A DNA stretch of 64,000 nucleotides from Candidatus Obscuribacteraceae bacterium. GTDB taxonomy: Bacteria > Cyanobacteriota > Vampirovibrionia > Obscuribacterales > Obscuribacteraceae. The notes beneath the pieces are model-generated. The model was given only the letters and a program-made list of their open reading frames with translations. It did not search any database and was not told the DNA's origin. The DNA is taken from assembly GCA_044225915.1 (NCBI GenBank), contig JBGAHZ010000028.1:24524-88523 (forward strand). Direction: 5' to 3'. Below are positions 30,394 through 39,345 of this stretch, one piece after another. A program made the position numbers and the translations under genes. How positions within the stretch are numbered: the stretch's first letter is position 1; each line of letters begins with the position of its first letter.

Positions 30394-30938
30394 AACACTT
30401 TAACCCCGCATGAGAATGCTGGCCGCTGCTGCTTTTCAAGTGCAACAGTCCAGTCGGACGTCAGGTTAGCATGTCTGGCGCTATGCGGTTGATATCCTTC
30501 CGATTGGTTCGAAAATTTCTACGCTTCAAATTGATTTAGACTCGTCAAAACCGTTAACGCAACGACTGGTAGCGAGAACTTGCGCTAACTTTTCTCTTTT
30601 CGGAGTCATGGCCGGATGGATGTTTTGGGACGCAAGGCGCACCTCGGGCGAACGTTAGTTCGATTCAACGTACGAGGATCTTTACAACCGTAGTTTTGAT
30701 ATTCGGCAGTATCCGAATATCAATTCAGCTTTTCCTCTTTCCTTTCTGTGGTACCCGAAACCCTTATCCGTTCGACCAACCGACTTCTCCACTCAATAGC
30801 GCGGCGCGCTCGGGGAAGTTCGGATGTTGGTTTACAGGGGCGAAGGACTGCAAAGGAGTGAGAACGGCTTGCATCGTAAACGCGAGATTCGCCATTTCGG
30901 CGAAAACGCAAAACCTCTGTACAAAGGTAAAACACTCT

Positions 30939-33062
30939 ATGGTCCAAGATCTGCTGAATTTCGTTTGGTTGGTGCCGGTGGTCGTCATCGCACTTCCGGT
31001 CCTGTTCTGGCTGTTCATGAGCATCAAGAACATCGGTTCGTCCGAAATCGCCATCACCGAGCGCCGCTACTTCGGTAAGGCGCTGGAAGCCGGTCGCGCT
31101 TTCGCTCTCAACGGTCAAGTCGGCATCCAGGCTGCTTACCTGGCGCCCGGGCTCAAGTTCCTGCTGTACCCGGTCGTTCGCATCGCCGAACGCGTCAAGT
31201 TCGTCGTCGTCGGTCCCGACCAGCTCGGCATCGTCACCGCCACGGATGGCGAATCCATGCCCCACGGCCGCATCTTGGCCGAGGACAAGGCCGGCGAACA
31301 TCACGACAACTTCCAGAATCCGGAGGGCTTCCTCCGCAATGGTGGTGTCCGTGGTGAGCAGCTCCGCTTCCTGACCAACGGTCAGTTCAAGCTGCACCCC
31401 CGCCTGTTCAACATCCGTCTGATCGAGAAGACCCGCATTCCGGACGGCAAGGTCGGCGTCGTGTACGCTGCCGACGGCGCCTCGCTGGCCGCCGGTCAGC
31501 TCGTCGGTCGCGCGGTCGAAGGTCACGACAACTTCCAGAAGGCCGAGGTCTTCCTGAAGAACGGCGGCCAGAAGGGTCCCCAGGTCGACATCCTGCGTCC
31601 GGGTACCTACAACATCCACACCGGCATGTTCCGCGTCGACATCCGCGATGCGGTCACTGTCGCTGACGGCCAGATCGGCGTCGTCGAAGCGCTCGGCGGC
31701 TCTCCGATGCCCAAGGGCGACGTCATCGTCGACAGCCCCGAAGGTCACCAGAACTTCCAGGACGGCGAAGCCTTCCTGAAGGCCAACGGTATGCGTGGTC
31801 CGCAGACGGCGATTCTCGCCCCGGGTCGCTATTACATCAACCCCTACCTGTTCACGGTGTCCGCCAAGCCGCAGACCATCGTCAAGCAGGGTGAAGTCGC
31901 CGTCCTGATCGCCAACCACGGCAAGGACCCGTCCGAAGACCTCTCGCCGTTCGACAACAACGGACCGGTCGAGGGCAACGCCACCGACGCCGAGGAATCG
32001 CGCCTCAACGCCGGCAATCGCACCCGTCACGTCGTGTCGGCCGGCTACCGCGGTATCCAGAAGGACACCCTCGGGCCGGGTCGCTACAACGTCAACCCGC
32101 TGATGTACCAGGTCGTCATCGTGCCGACCACCACGCGCTCGCTGCACTGGGCGGCCGAGACCGGCGAGAAGGCGTCGACGGCGTTCGATCCGTTCGAGGT
32201 CGTCTCCAATGACGGCTTCCCGATGAAGGTCGAAGTGCGCTGCCAGTACCGCGTCCTCCCCGAGAACGCGCCCTACGTCATCGCCAAGCTGGGCTCCATC
32301 CAGGAGCTGGAGATCAACGTCATCCACCCGCAGATCGACGGCATCTTCCGTGCCGAGGTCTCCAAGTCGCCGGCGATCGCGTACCAGCAGACGCGCGCCG
32401 ACGAGCAGAAGAAGGCCGAGCAGGAAGTCCGTGCCGACCTCGCCAAGTACAGGGTCGAGGTGGTCTCGGTCATGATCACCAACATCCACCTGCCCGAGCA
32501 GCTCATGCAGACGACGCAGGAGAAGAACCTGGCCGAACAGCGCAAGTCGATGTACGACGCGCAGGAAGCCGCGGAAAAGCGTCGTATCGAGTTCGAGCAG
32601 ACCAAGGCTCGTGCCGACCAGCAGTCCGAGATCATCAAGGCGCAGACCGGCATCGAAGTGGCCGAGCACAAGGCGAACCAGAAGATCAAGGAAGCGCAGG
32701 GTGAAGCCCAGCGCATCGAGCTGACCGCCGCCGCCAACGCCAAGCGCACGCGCCTGGAAGGTGAAGCGGAAGCCGCCGCCACGCTCGCCAAGGGTGAAGC
32801 GACCGGCGCCGCCTACCGCAAGCAGGTCGAAGCCATGGGTCAGACGGGCGTCACGCTCGTCGAGGTCATCGAGCGCATCTCCGCCAAGGGCCTGCGCATC
32901 ACTCCGGACATCATTGCCGGCGGTGGCGCCAACGGCGAAGGTGGCAACATCGGCTCGGTGATCACGGCGCTGCTCACCCAGCAGCTCCTGGCCAAGCCGG
33001 AAGCCGCCGCTCCGACCACGACCGCTCCGGCGCCGACCCCGGCCGCCGGCGAGAAGAAGTAA
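30939..33062 (+). CDS. Flotillin-like (SPFH/band-7) membrane protein with a triplicated N-terminal module and an EA-rich coiled-coil
   Basis: N-terminal TM. Three roughly 85-aa repeats carry HDNFQ…FL(K/R)NGG…PG(T/R)Y…LF motifs. The C-terminal Glu/Ala/Gln/Lys-rich coiled-coil (…AEQEVRADLAKY…EAQRIELTAAANAKRTRLEGEAEAA…) resembles YqiK/flotillin. Confidence 0.5.
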   Translation: MVQDLLNFVWLVPVVVIALPVLFWLFMSIKNIGSSEIAITERRYFGKALEAGRAFALNGQVGIQAAYLAPGLKFLLYPVVRIAERVKFVVVGPDQLGIVTATDGESMPHGRILAEDKAGEHHDNFQNPEGFLRNGGVRGEQLRFLTNGQFKLHPRLFNIRLIEKTRIPDGKVGVVYAADGASLAAGQLVGRAVEGHDNFQKAEVFLKNGGQKGPQVDILRPGTYNIHTGMFRVDIRDAVTVADGQIGVVEALGGSPMPKGDVIVDSPEGHQNFQDGEAFLKANGMRGPQTAILAPGRYYINPYLFTVSAKPQTIVKQGEVAVLIANHGKDPSEDLSPFDNNGPVEGNATDAEESRLNAGNRTRHVVSAGYRGIQKDTLGPGRYNVNPLMYQVVIVPTTTRSLHWAAETGEKASTAFDPFEVVSNDGFPMKVEVRCQYRVLPENAPYVIAKLGSIQELEINVIHPQIDGIFRAEVSKSPAIAYQQTRADEQKKAEQEVRADLAKYRVEVVSVMITNIHLPEQLMQTTQEKNLAEQRKSMYDAQEAAEKRRIEFEQTKARADQQSEIIKAQTGIEVAEHKANQKIKEAQGEAQRIELTAAANAKRTRLEGEAEAAATLAKGEATGAAYRKQVEAMGQTGVTLVEVIERISAKGLRITPDIIAGGGANGEGGNIGSVITALLTQQLLAKPEAAAPTTTAPAPTPAAGEKK

Positions 33063-33083
33063 GTCCAAGCCCGGTGCCTCTTC

Positions 33084-33122
33084 GGAGGGCGGTGGTTTCA
33101 CTTCGGTGAAGCGCCGCCCTCC
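33084..33122 (+). terminator. GC-rich hairpin 3' of the flotillin-like gene; copy 1 of a second repeat family
   Basis: ggagggcggtg…cgccgccctcc forms an 11-bp stem enclosing the sequence ttcacttcggtgaag. It starts 22 nt after the stop. Confidence 0.45.
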
Positions 33123-33189
33123 ACCCGGGCTCAGTGCGTCCATAATGCCTGGTTCTTATCCTGAACCACCAACAAGAGGAAGCAGAATC

Positions 33190-33366
33190 ATGAATGGAGA
33201 GTTGCTGATGCTCTGTCTTGGAGCTTTGCTCCTGGCATGTCTTCGTTGCCAACCGGCGACTCGGCACTACCAGCCTCTTCGTCCTCGTCCCAGCCGCGAG
33301 GTAGTCTCACCACTGGAACGACCGGAGAATTTCGGCGGTCCCGTCGGTCGTAAGCCGGTGGACTGA
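33190..33366 (+). CDS. Small (58 aa) putative secreted or lipoprotein-like peptide bracketed by the two hairpin repeats
   Basis: Strong RBS (AGAGGAAG, 7 nt before the ATG). Signal-like N-terminus MNGELLMLCLGALLLAC. The remainder is Pro/Arg-rich. Confidence 0.25.
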   Translation: MNGELLMLCLGALLLACLRCQPATRHYQPLRPRPSREVVSPLERPENFGGPVGRKPVD

Positions 33367-33405
33367 CTTCGCTGCGTCGTTAGTCTTAGGGAGACGCGAT
33401 GTGTT

Positions 33406-33442
33406 GGAGGGCGGTCTTCACTTCGGTGAAGCGCCGCCTTCC
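33406..33442. repeat. Second copy of the ggagggcgg…ttcacttcggtgaagcgccgcc… hairpin repeat
   Basis: ggagggcggtcttcacttcggtgaagcgccgccttcc is near-identical to 33084-33122. Confidence 0.5.
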
Positions 33443-34170
33443 ATCTGGGTTTTGGCAATGCCGCCGGCGCAAGCCAGTTGGCTTGCTAGTTCTTCTAACA
33501 ATGATCCACAGCAGGTGCTGTAGACCGGAAAGAGCAAGAACCGCCCACAAAGCGCGTTCTTGCCTCTTTCTTTTGGAAAAGTAAATACTAAATCAAGTAG
33601 TAAGTTTGGTGATGGCTAGTTTGAGCCGATGTTCCAAATAATGTCACTAGCGGTGCATGAAATGACACTATACGGATCATTTCAAGTTTGCTAGGACACC
33701 TCGATGGAGATGCTCCAATAGTGTCGAAGGACGGCGGATGTCACCACATGGAACATTCCAGATTTGAGAGCATATTGGTGATTGATTCAATATCACTGCA
33801 CCGCCTGCGGTGGCATATGATTGTGTTCATGCAATTCATAATTGTTGAGATAGCAGGCTTTGTGTCGGTAAATTCGATGTGTCACATATCTTTCTCCTCA
33901 TCGGAACGGCCTACCGCTAATTGCTTTACCACTCAGTTCAATTCGGGCAGCTCGCTGAACGCAATCTCCCAGGCTTCCAAGCCCTGGACACGGTGCTGAA
34001 ACGCCCGCTCGCACCCAATACCGTGGGCACCGGAAGCACCCCGAGCGCCCCTCCCCCGACGGTTTAAGAAAACATCCGCGTGTCCTTTGAGATTTAAACG
34101 GGTCTAAATCACAGGTCGAAGTGTCAGTCGGACTGCCACTTTGACCTGTGTTCAACAAGAGGGAAACGTT

Positions 34171-34683
34171 ATGCTTTTTCCTGCCCAACTGCTTGAAGAG
34201 GGGCGCGAGCTCTGCGACCTGGGGCTATACGAGCAGGCACAGGCTTGTTTTATTCAGGTCTGGCAGTGTCCTTATCCTTACGCAACGCCGCAGCAGAAGC
34301 TGCTCGCACTCAAGGGTTACTGCGCCGTGCTCGACTGTCTCGGCAGGTGGATTGAGAGCGAGACCGAGTTTAAAAACGGCTTCCGGCACCTAACGACGCC
34401 TTTCCAGGCTGCGCTGCCAGGCGGCATGTTCTTGCCCCCTGGTTTTTCGCCAGGTGCGTTCATCGCGGTACCAGGCGTCGGTTTCAAACCACCGCTGGCA
34501 CAGACTTTCGGACTGGTGGTGTCGCCGAGCCCCGGCGCGTTCGTTGCTGTTCCAGGCGCGCCCGTCTTTCCGACGGTGTCGATGCCTCCGGCGAACACGG
34601 CAAACTTAGGCTTCACGCCTTTTCCTGTGAGCTCATCGACTCCGATTTTAAACGCGCCGGATGACCGATTCCGGTGGAACTAA
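34171..34683 (+). CDS. Hypothetical protein with internal PGAF(I/V)AVPG repeats
   Basis: Good RBS (AGAGGGAAA). Start chosen at MLFPAQ. The motif GAF(I/V)AVPG occurs twice. Confidence 0.35.
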   Translation: MLFPAQLLEEGRELCDLGLYEQAQACFIQVWQCPYPYATPQQKLLALKGYCAVLDCLGRWIESETEFKNGFRHLTTPFQAALPGGMFLPPGFSPGAFIAVPGVGFKPPLAQTFGLVVSPSPGAFVAVPGAPVFPTVSMPPANTANLGFTPFPVSSSTPILNAPDDRFRWN

Positions 34684-35394
34684 AAGTCGTGTATCTAGGG
34701 CGTGGTTGGGATTGACTACGCGAGGTATCAAATACGGTCGGCACATGCCACCATATTTGATACCTCGTGTTCTAATTGCTAATACTAGCCGATATCGTAA
34801 AATTGGATTCGAAATGGGCTTAAATGTGGCGGGAGAATTTTAACCGTTTCGATTTTATGGAGTGCGTTCTCGCGCGAGTAAGGGTTAGCGCGAGGTTGCA
34901 CGGTATGTTACGGTACTCTCAGCTTGCGGAAACCACCACGAATAACGTCCGTGCTCCAATTTCAAATCGCCTAAATTATGGGTTTAAGCCTCCCTCTGGT
35001 TTTTATCATGAACTTTGGATATTGCTTAGCTTTGTTCTCTTCTGTCATGGTCAAAGTATCTTTTATTTTCTTATAGCAGGACCGCAGAAGCCGACCAAGA
35101 CACCCACCACGATTACATTTGCGTTTGCAGTGAACATCGCTGAGTGTCGTGTGCCGAAGTCTGCGGATTTGCTTGAGAGAATGAAAGTGGCGCAAGCGAA
35201 GAGTATTCGCGTGTGTCGGGTGAGGGCAATTAGAACTAGCCTTCTATCGGGTTGGGGGAAAGCGTAAAAACTTTCTCGGCCCGTGGTCCCACCTGCAGAG
35301 ACTGGGAAGTAGACCTCACGGTCTTCTTCGGTCTTTCTGCTCCCAATTAACCACGTCGGCGCAAGCCGATAAACCATAAAACCGGAGCTGAAAG

Positions 35395-35853
35395 ATGACA
35401 AACAACATTCCTGCAAATCCCACACCACAGGCGTTAAACGCCAACTCGAAAATCGGCGAAATCTTGATCGCACTTGGTTTCGCAACACAGCAAGGAGTCG
35501 ATGACACCTTCGCATACCAGCAAGCCGAACGCGGCAAGGGCAACAATCCTGGTCTGATCGGTGAGCTGTTCGTGCAACGCGGAGTTTGCACTGCCGAACA
35601 ACGCGACATCGGCATGAAGGTTCAGAGCCTGCTCAAGAGGCTTTCCAGAAGTCTCAAGAGCTCATCAACCTGGATTCCGAAGCGAGGATCGGCAAGATTC
35701 TCATCGCCTTCGGGCATGCTACCGCCGACGCGGTGGAAGCGACGTTCGCCTGGCAATCTGCTGAGCGTGCCGCTGGACGTGACCCTGGTCTCATCGGGGA
35801 ACTCTTCGTCCAGCGTGGCGTTTGCTCTGCTGAGCAGCGGGACTTCGGCATGA
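35395..35853 (+). CDS. MshEN/T2SSE_N-like small protein, copy 1. The conserved part ends near 35640 and the rest is an out-of-frame read-through of copy 2
   Basis: GGAG RBS. KIGEILIALGFATQQGVDDTFAYQQ and LIGELFVQRGVCTAEQRDIGMKVQ each fit the 24-residue MshEN c-di-GMP-binding motif RLGxxLLxxGLLxxxxLxxxLxxQ. Confidence 0.4.
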   Translation: MTNNIPANPTPQALNANSKIGEILIALGFATQQGVDDTFAYQQAERGKGNNPGLIGELFVQRGVCTAEQRDIGMKVQSLLKRLSRSLKSSSTWIPKRGSARFSSPSGMLPPTRWKRRSPGNLLSVPLDVTLVSSGNSSSSVAFALLSSGTSA

Positions 35854-35879
35854 AGATTCAGGGCTTGCTGCGTCGCTAG
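35586..35879 (+). CDS. MshEN/T2SSE_N-like small protein, copy 2, in frame -1 relative to copy 1
   Basis: RIGKILIAFGHATADAVEATFAWQ and LIGELFVQRGVCSAEQRDFGMKIQ repeat the two motifs of copy 1. Its first 14 codons overlap the end of copy 1 in another frame. Confidence 0.35.
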   Translation: MHCRTTRHRHEGSEPAQEAFQKSQELINLDSEARIGKILIAFGHATADAVEATFAWQSAERAAGRDPGLIGELFVQRGVCSAEQRDFGMKIQGLLRR

Positions 35880-36078
35880 TCACGACGCGATGTTCGAGTA
35901 ACTGCAGTCAACAGGCGGGGAAGGGCATCCTTCCCCGCTTGTTGTTTTGAATCTTTTGATACTAGGGTGAGTAGTAGCATGGCGGTCAAAACAAAAGGCA
36001 CTAAATATGGTGGCAGCAATTGGATCGCCACAAGCACGAGGCTCGTGACGATCCAAGCTGATGAATTGCCGAAACAAC

Positions 36079-36516
36079 TTACTCCGGCTGCAGATCGATG
36101 ATGGCGCCCGGTTCCTTCTCGATGACGAGCGAAAGGTCGGACGTGATGATGCGAGAGCCGGCTTTGGCTCGGATCTTGCAGCCGTCATAGGCCTCGACCG
36201 TTGAGCCGTTTTCGGCGATTACCAGCGAGCCGCTTTCGGCCATGACCGACGAGCCTTTCTTGGCGTTGACGATCGAACCTGCGTAGGCGTTCACTTTCGA
36301 TCCGTCGAGAGCGTCGACGATGGACTGAGCGTAGGCATCGACGGTGGAACCGCGTTCGGCCTTCACGCTGGAGCCGTAGACCGCGACGAGGTGGTCGCCG
36401 CTTTTGGCGGTGACTTGCGGACCAGGATCGGCGATCTTCATCGGACCGGCGAATGCTGCCCCGGCTACGCAGAGGCTGAGAGCGCCTGCGAGGGCGAAAT
36501 GTCGAAAAGATTTCAT
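36079..36516 (-). CDS. Secreted beta-solenoid-like repeat protein (about 146 aa)
   Basis: Start at MKSFRHFALAG with an AGGAAAT RBS. Signal peptide. Repeats of about 9-10 aa of the form (V/I)xAxxGSxV. Confidence 0.45.
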   Translation of the reverse strand: MKSFRHFALAGALSLCVAGAAFAGPMKIADPGPQVTAKSGDHLVAVYGSSVKAERGSTVDAYAQSIVDALDGSKVNAYAGSIVNAKKGSSVMAESGSLVIAENGSTVEAYDGCKIRAKAGSRIITSDLSLVIEKEPGAIIDLQPE

Positions 36517-36895
36517 GGCTTGAAATTTCCTGTTCTGAAGGACAAAACCCGATGTTTTGCCCATGCTTCTATCGTTGCAGGACGTGCACGTCGAAACACA
36601 CCAGTGGCCTGGCATGATGACGTGCACGTCGCAAACAACAGGCTGGCTCCGCAAGAACAGCGCTTCAATCCTGAGAACCACCGGTGGTGCCGGTAGCAAT
36701 CGAGACGGAATCGCAGCACTCCTTGTCGGAGCCAGCCTTACTCACTGTGACGCTAAAAGCCGCGCGCCAAGGTAAATCTGAACGTTATTTGCGTTCCGAG
36801 GTAAAGTCACGCATCCAGGGCGGTCGGTCAGGCGGATGAATTTCATCCGGCAAGAACCGCACCTGATTCGTGGCAAGGCTCGGAGTCAAGAACGA

Positions 36896-37474
36896 CTAGT
36901 GCTCGTCGTGGCCGTTCTGGCTGGAACCGCAGTTCCTGCAGATGCCGCCCTGTTTCACCGGCGTTTCGCAGTTCCAGCAGTCGCGAGCGGTGTCGAGGCT
37001 GCGGGCGTCGGTGGTGAATCGGGCGGGCTTGACGGTGGCGTCGACGAGGCTCAGGTGCGAGCTGTACCGGGAGCCGAAGTCCTGCGCTTCCAGGAGGTGG
37101 AATTCGTAGGTGGCAACGACTCGGTCGTTCGGTCCGCCGTCGCGGAACATGACGGTGAAGTTGCGGGCAGGACCCTCTTCCACGTCAGGTTCGCTGGTGC
37201 TCAGGCGGAATGACGGGAAGAGACTGCGCTTGGGAGCAGCCTTCTTCTTCCTCGTCAGGAGGGGAGCGAGCTCGAACTTCGTCGTCTCCGGCTTGACCTC
37301 GACGGCCAGGACGACTTCTTCATCGATCTTGACTTGCATGAACGCATTACGGCTGACCGAGACCGCCAGGTGGGAATCACTGACATCGGGCAAACACACG
37401 TTACGAGTGGTCGCCTGAATGAACGTCTCGGCCGGCAATTGTTCTGAACCGGTCAGAACGGTACAGTAGATCAT
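36896..37474 (-). CDS. Hypothetical protein with a C-terminal CxxC…CxxC zinc-ribbon
   Basis: The C-terminus reads CWNCETPVKQGGICRNCGSSQNGHDEH. Confidence 0.35.
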   Translation of the reverse strand: MIYCTVLTGSEQLPAETFIQATTRNVCLPDVSDSHLAVSVSRNAFMQVKIDEEVVLAVEVKPETTKFELAPLLTRKKKAAPKRSLFPSFRLSTSEPDVEEGPARNFTVMFRDGGPNDRVVATYEFHLLEAQDFGSRYSSHLSLVDATVKPARFTTDARSLDTARDCWNCETPVKQGGICRNCGSSQNGHDEH

Positions 37475-37953
37475 TGGGACTCCTTCTTATAGGTGTTTGG
37501 AACCGTGCGTAATGAGGCACAGCTCCGGTTGTCGATTGCCCTTCAGGTAGTTCGCAAGAAGTCCGTCTCTCCAGACACCGCACATAAACGCAGGCGATTG
37601 CTGAAGTTGTTGTTTTTGTTGGTTGAAAGACTCAGGGACAGGGATGTGAGAGAGGTCACCAGTGAAGGGCAGCAAGAAGCGTATTTAGACTAAAGAGCTA
37701 GAACTAGTTTTAAAAGAAGTGTTGCTTCTTGTAAGGCCAAACCACTTAGCGAGCATGCGCGAAGTAATTGAAATAGGGTGTAAAAACCCGCTCAGTGTGC
37801 AGATCTTGAACGAGTATATGGGCAAGCTTAAGTTGGTGATATGTACTTAGTTGTCATGGGTAAAGTTTCTTTGACAACCTCGTGAACGACTGCTCTGTGC
37901 CGCGCGAACCAACGTTTTTCTTTAGTTTTCGACCCCTTCGAGTGAAGGATGGT

Positions 37954-38772
37954 TTAAACGGACTCGGTCGCGAGGCGCGCCAGAAGTGTGTTTAGCCGGG
38001 TGGAAGCTTCGCGGGAGGCTTCGAGGACTTCTTCGTGACCGCCCATCGGTTTGTCGTCCCAGACGTTTGTAATTACTGAAACGGCAGCAGCGATGGTGGA
38101 AGTTGGTTGAGCCGTCAAAAGCTCCGGAACGGTCGACATGCCCACGGCATCAGCTTTGAGGCGACGCAGCATCTCAATCTCTGCCAGTGTTTCATAGCTT
38201 GGTCCGAGAAGTGCCGCATATACACCCGTTCTCAAAGGTCGTTTTGTTTCGCCTTCCAGGGCTTTGCCTACTGCGAGAATCTGTTTAGTCAATTCGTTTT
38301 CGCACGATTGTGGTGCCCTGGTGATCTCGCTCAGCAGACCGTCTTCCTTTTTGCTCAGGTGGTCGCGATAGCCGGTGACGACCATCAAGTCGCCTATGCT
38401 GAAGCCCGTGTTCAAGCCGCCTGCGGCGTTTGTCAGCACCAGTTTAGGAACGCCCCAAGTGGTTACCACTTGGGTAGGCAAAGTCACGACAGACCAGTCG
38501 TGTCCTTCGTAGAGGTGAAATCGTCCGCGGAATATTGCCACCACGGGCGATTCCTTGCGAGCGTCGAGCTGACCGATTGTCAGTGAGCCTGTGTGTCCTT
38601 CCACACTTGGTCCGATGCCGAATACTTCCTTGTACATGTATGTGCGGGAACTATGGAGCTGTTCCATTACAGCGACACCAGAACCGAGCACTACGGCTAA
38701 ATCAGGTCGTGGAGACGATTTAGAAAGAAACTCAACGATCGATTCGACTGGTTTGACCAGAGTATCCGGCAT
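37954..38772 (-). CDS. punA: Purine nucleoside phosphorylase (PNP/MTAP family, PunA-type)
   Basis: Motifs VVLGSGV, AIFRGRFHLYEGH, LVLTNAAGGLN and GPSYETLAEIEMLRRLKADAVGMSTVPE match the trimeric PNP family. Confidence 0.75.
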   Translation of the reverse strand: MPDTLVKPVESIVEFLSKSSPRPDLAVVLGSGVAVMEQLHSSRTYMYKEVFGIGPSVEGHTGSLTIGQLDARKESPVVAIFRGRFHLYEGHDWSVVTLPTQVVTTWGVPKLVLTNAAGGLNTGFSIGDLMVVTGYRDHLSKKEDGLLSEITRAPQSCENELTKQILAVGKALEGETKRPLRTGVYAALLGPSYETLAEIEMLRRLKADAVGMSTVPELLTAQPTSTIAAAVSVITNVWDDKPMGGHEEVLEASREASTRLNTLLARLATESV

Positions 38773-38773
38773 G

Positions 38774-39319
38774 CTAATCTCCTTTTAGGTATCTGCAGGT
38801 GTCTTTGTCGAGCTGCTCGCCATGCGGAACGACGAGAGCGAAAACTTTCAATCCGATGTGCGCTGCCACGAGCATTGCCGGGACGAGGTTGTAACAGTAG
38901 AAGTCGCCACCCAGAGCACGAATGGCTGCCATCTGTTCTTCCGACGGTACGACACCGGGCTTCAATCCTACAGCCACTCCCAGAGGGAGATTGCCCAGAG
39001 GATTGTTCATCGGCAGTGTTTTTTTAGGATCGAGCGTGTCGATAATTTTTACATAAATATCGTTGATTACCGGAAAACGCGGTCCCGCCGCGTAATTCGG
39101 TCCAACCAGCGGATTGTCGCCGGTCAGGTTTAAATGATCCGTCACCACATGCGGTACCGCCTTCGGTAGGGCATAACCGCTGTCAACGATGACAATCATC
39201 TTGCTGTCAGCGCTATTTCGAATCAGGTCGATTGTTCGCTGGTCGAACTTCTCTAGATGGCTAAAACCGGGAACGCTCGACGTAAAATCGATTCGGGTTG
39301 CGGTTTTCAATGAAGGCAT
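38774..39319 (-). CDS. Truncated or divergent PNP-family-like protein (about 182 aa)
   Basis: VVTDHLNLTGDNPLVGPNYAAGPRFPVINDIY resembles the PNP motif DHINLPG…NPLRGPN…RFP…Y. VAAHIGLKVFALVV resembles VARHCGLRVF. The GADAVGMSTVPE block and most of the N-terminal core are missing. Confidence 0.4.
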   Translation of the reverse strand: MPSLKTATRIDFTSSVPGFSHLEKFDQRTIDLIRNSADSKMIVIVDSGYALPKAVPHVVTDHLNLTGDNPLVGPNYAAGPRFPVINDIYVKIIDTLDPKKTLPMNNPLGNLPLGVAVGLKPGVVPSEEQMAAIRALGGDFYCYNLVPAMLVAAHIGLKVFALVVPHGEQLDKDTCRYLKGD

Positions 39320-39345
39320 AACAGTTCCTTTCTGCGGTTTAAAAA

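Noticed and set aside
30720-33143. 807-aa antisense ORF opposite the flotillin-like gene
   Set aside because: It shows low-complexity Arg/Gly/Leu/Asp composition and is the mirror frame of a clearly coding high-GC gene. The sense strand has the TM, SPFH-like and EA-rich features.
33688-33999. 103-aa ORF in the AT-rich stretch
   Set aside because: It has no RBS, atypical composition (Cys/His/Ser-rich with no pattern), and sits in an otherwise intergenic low-GC region. I cannot support it as coding.
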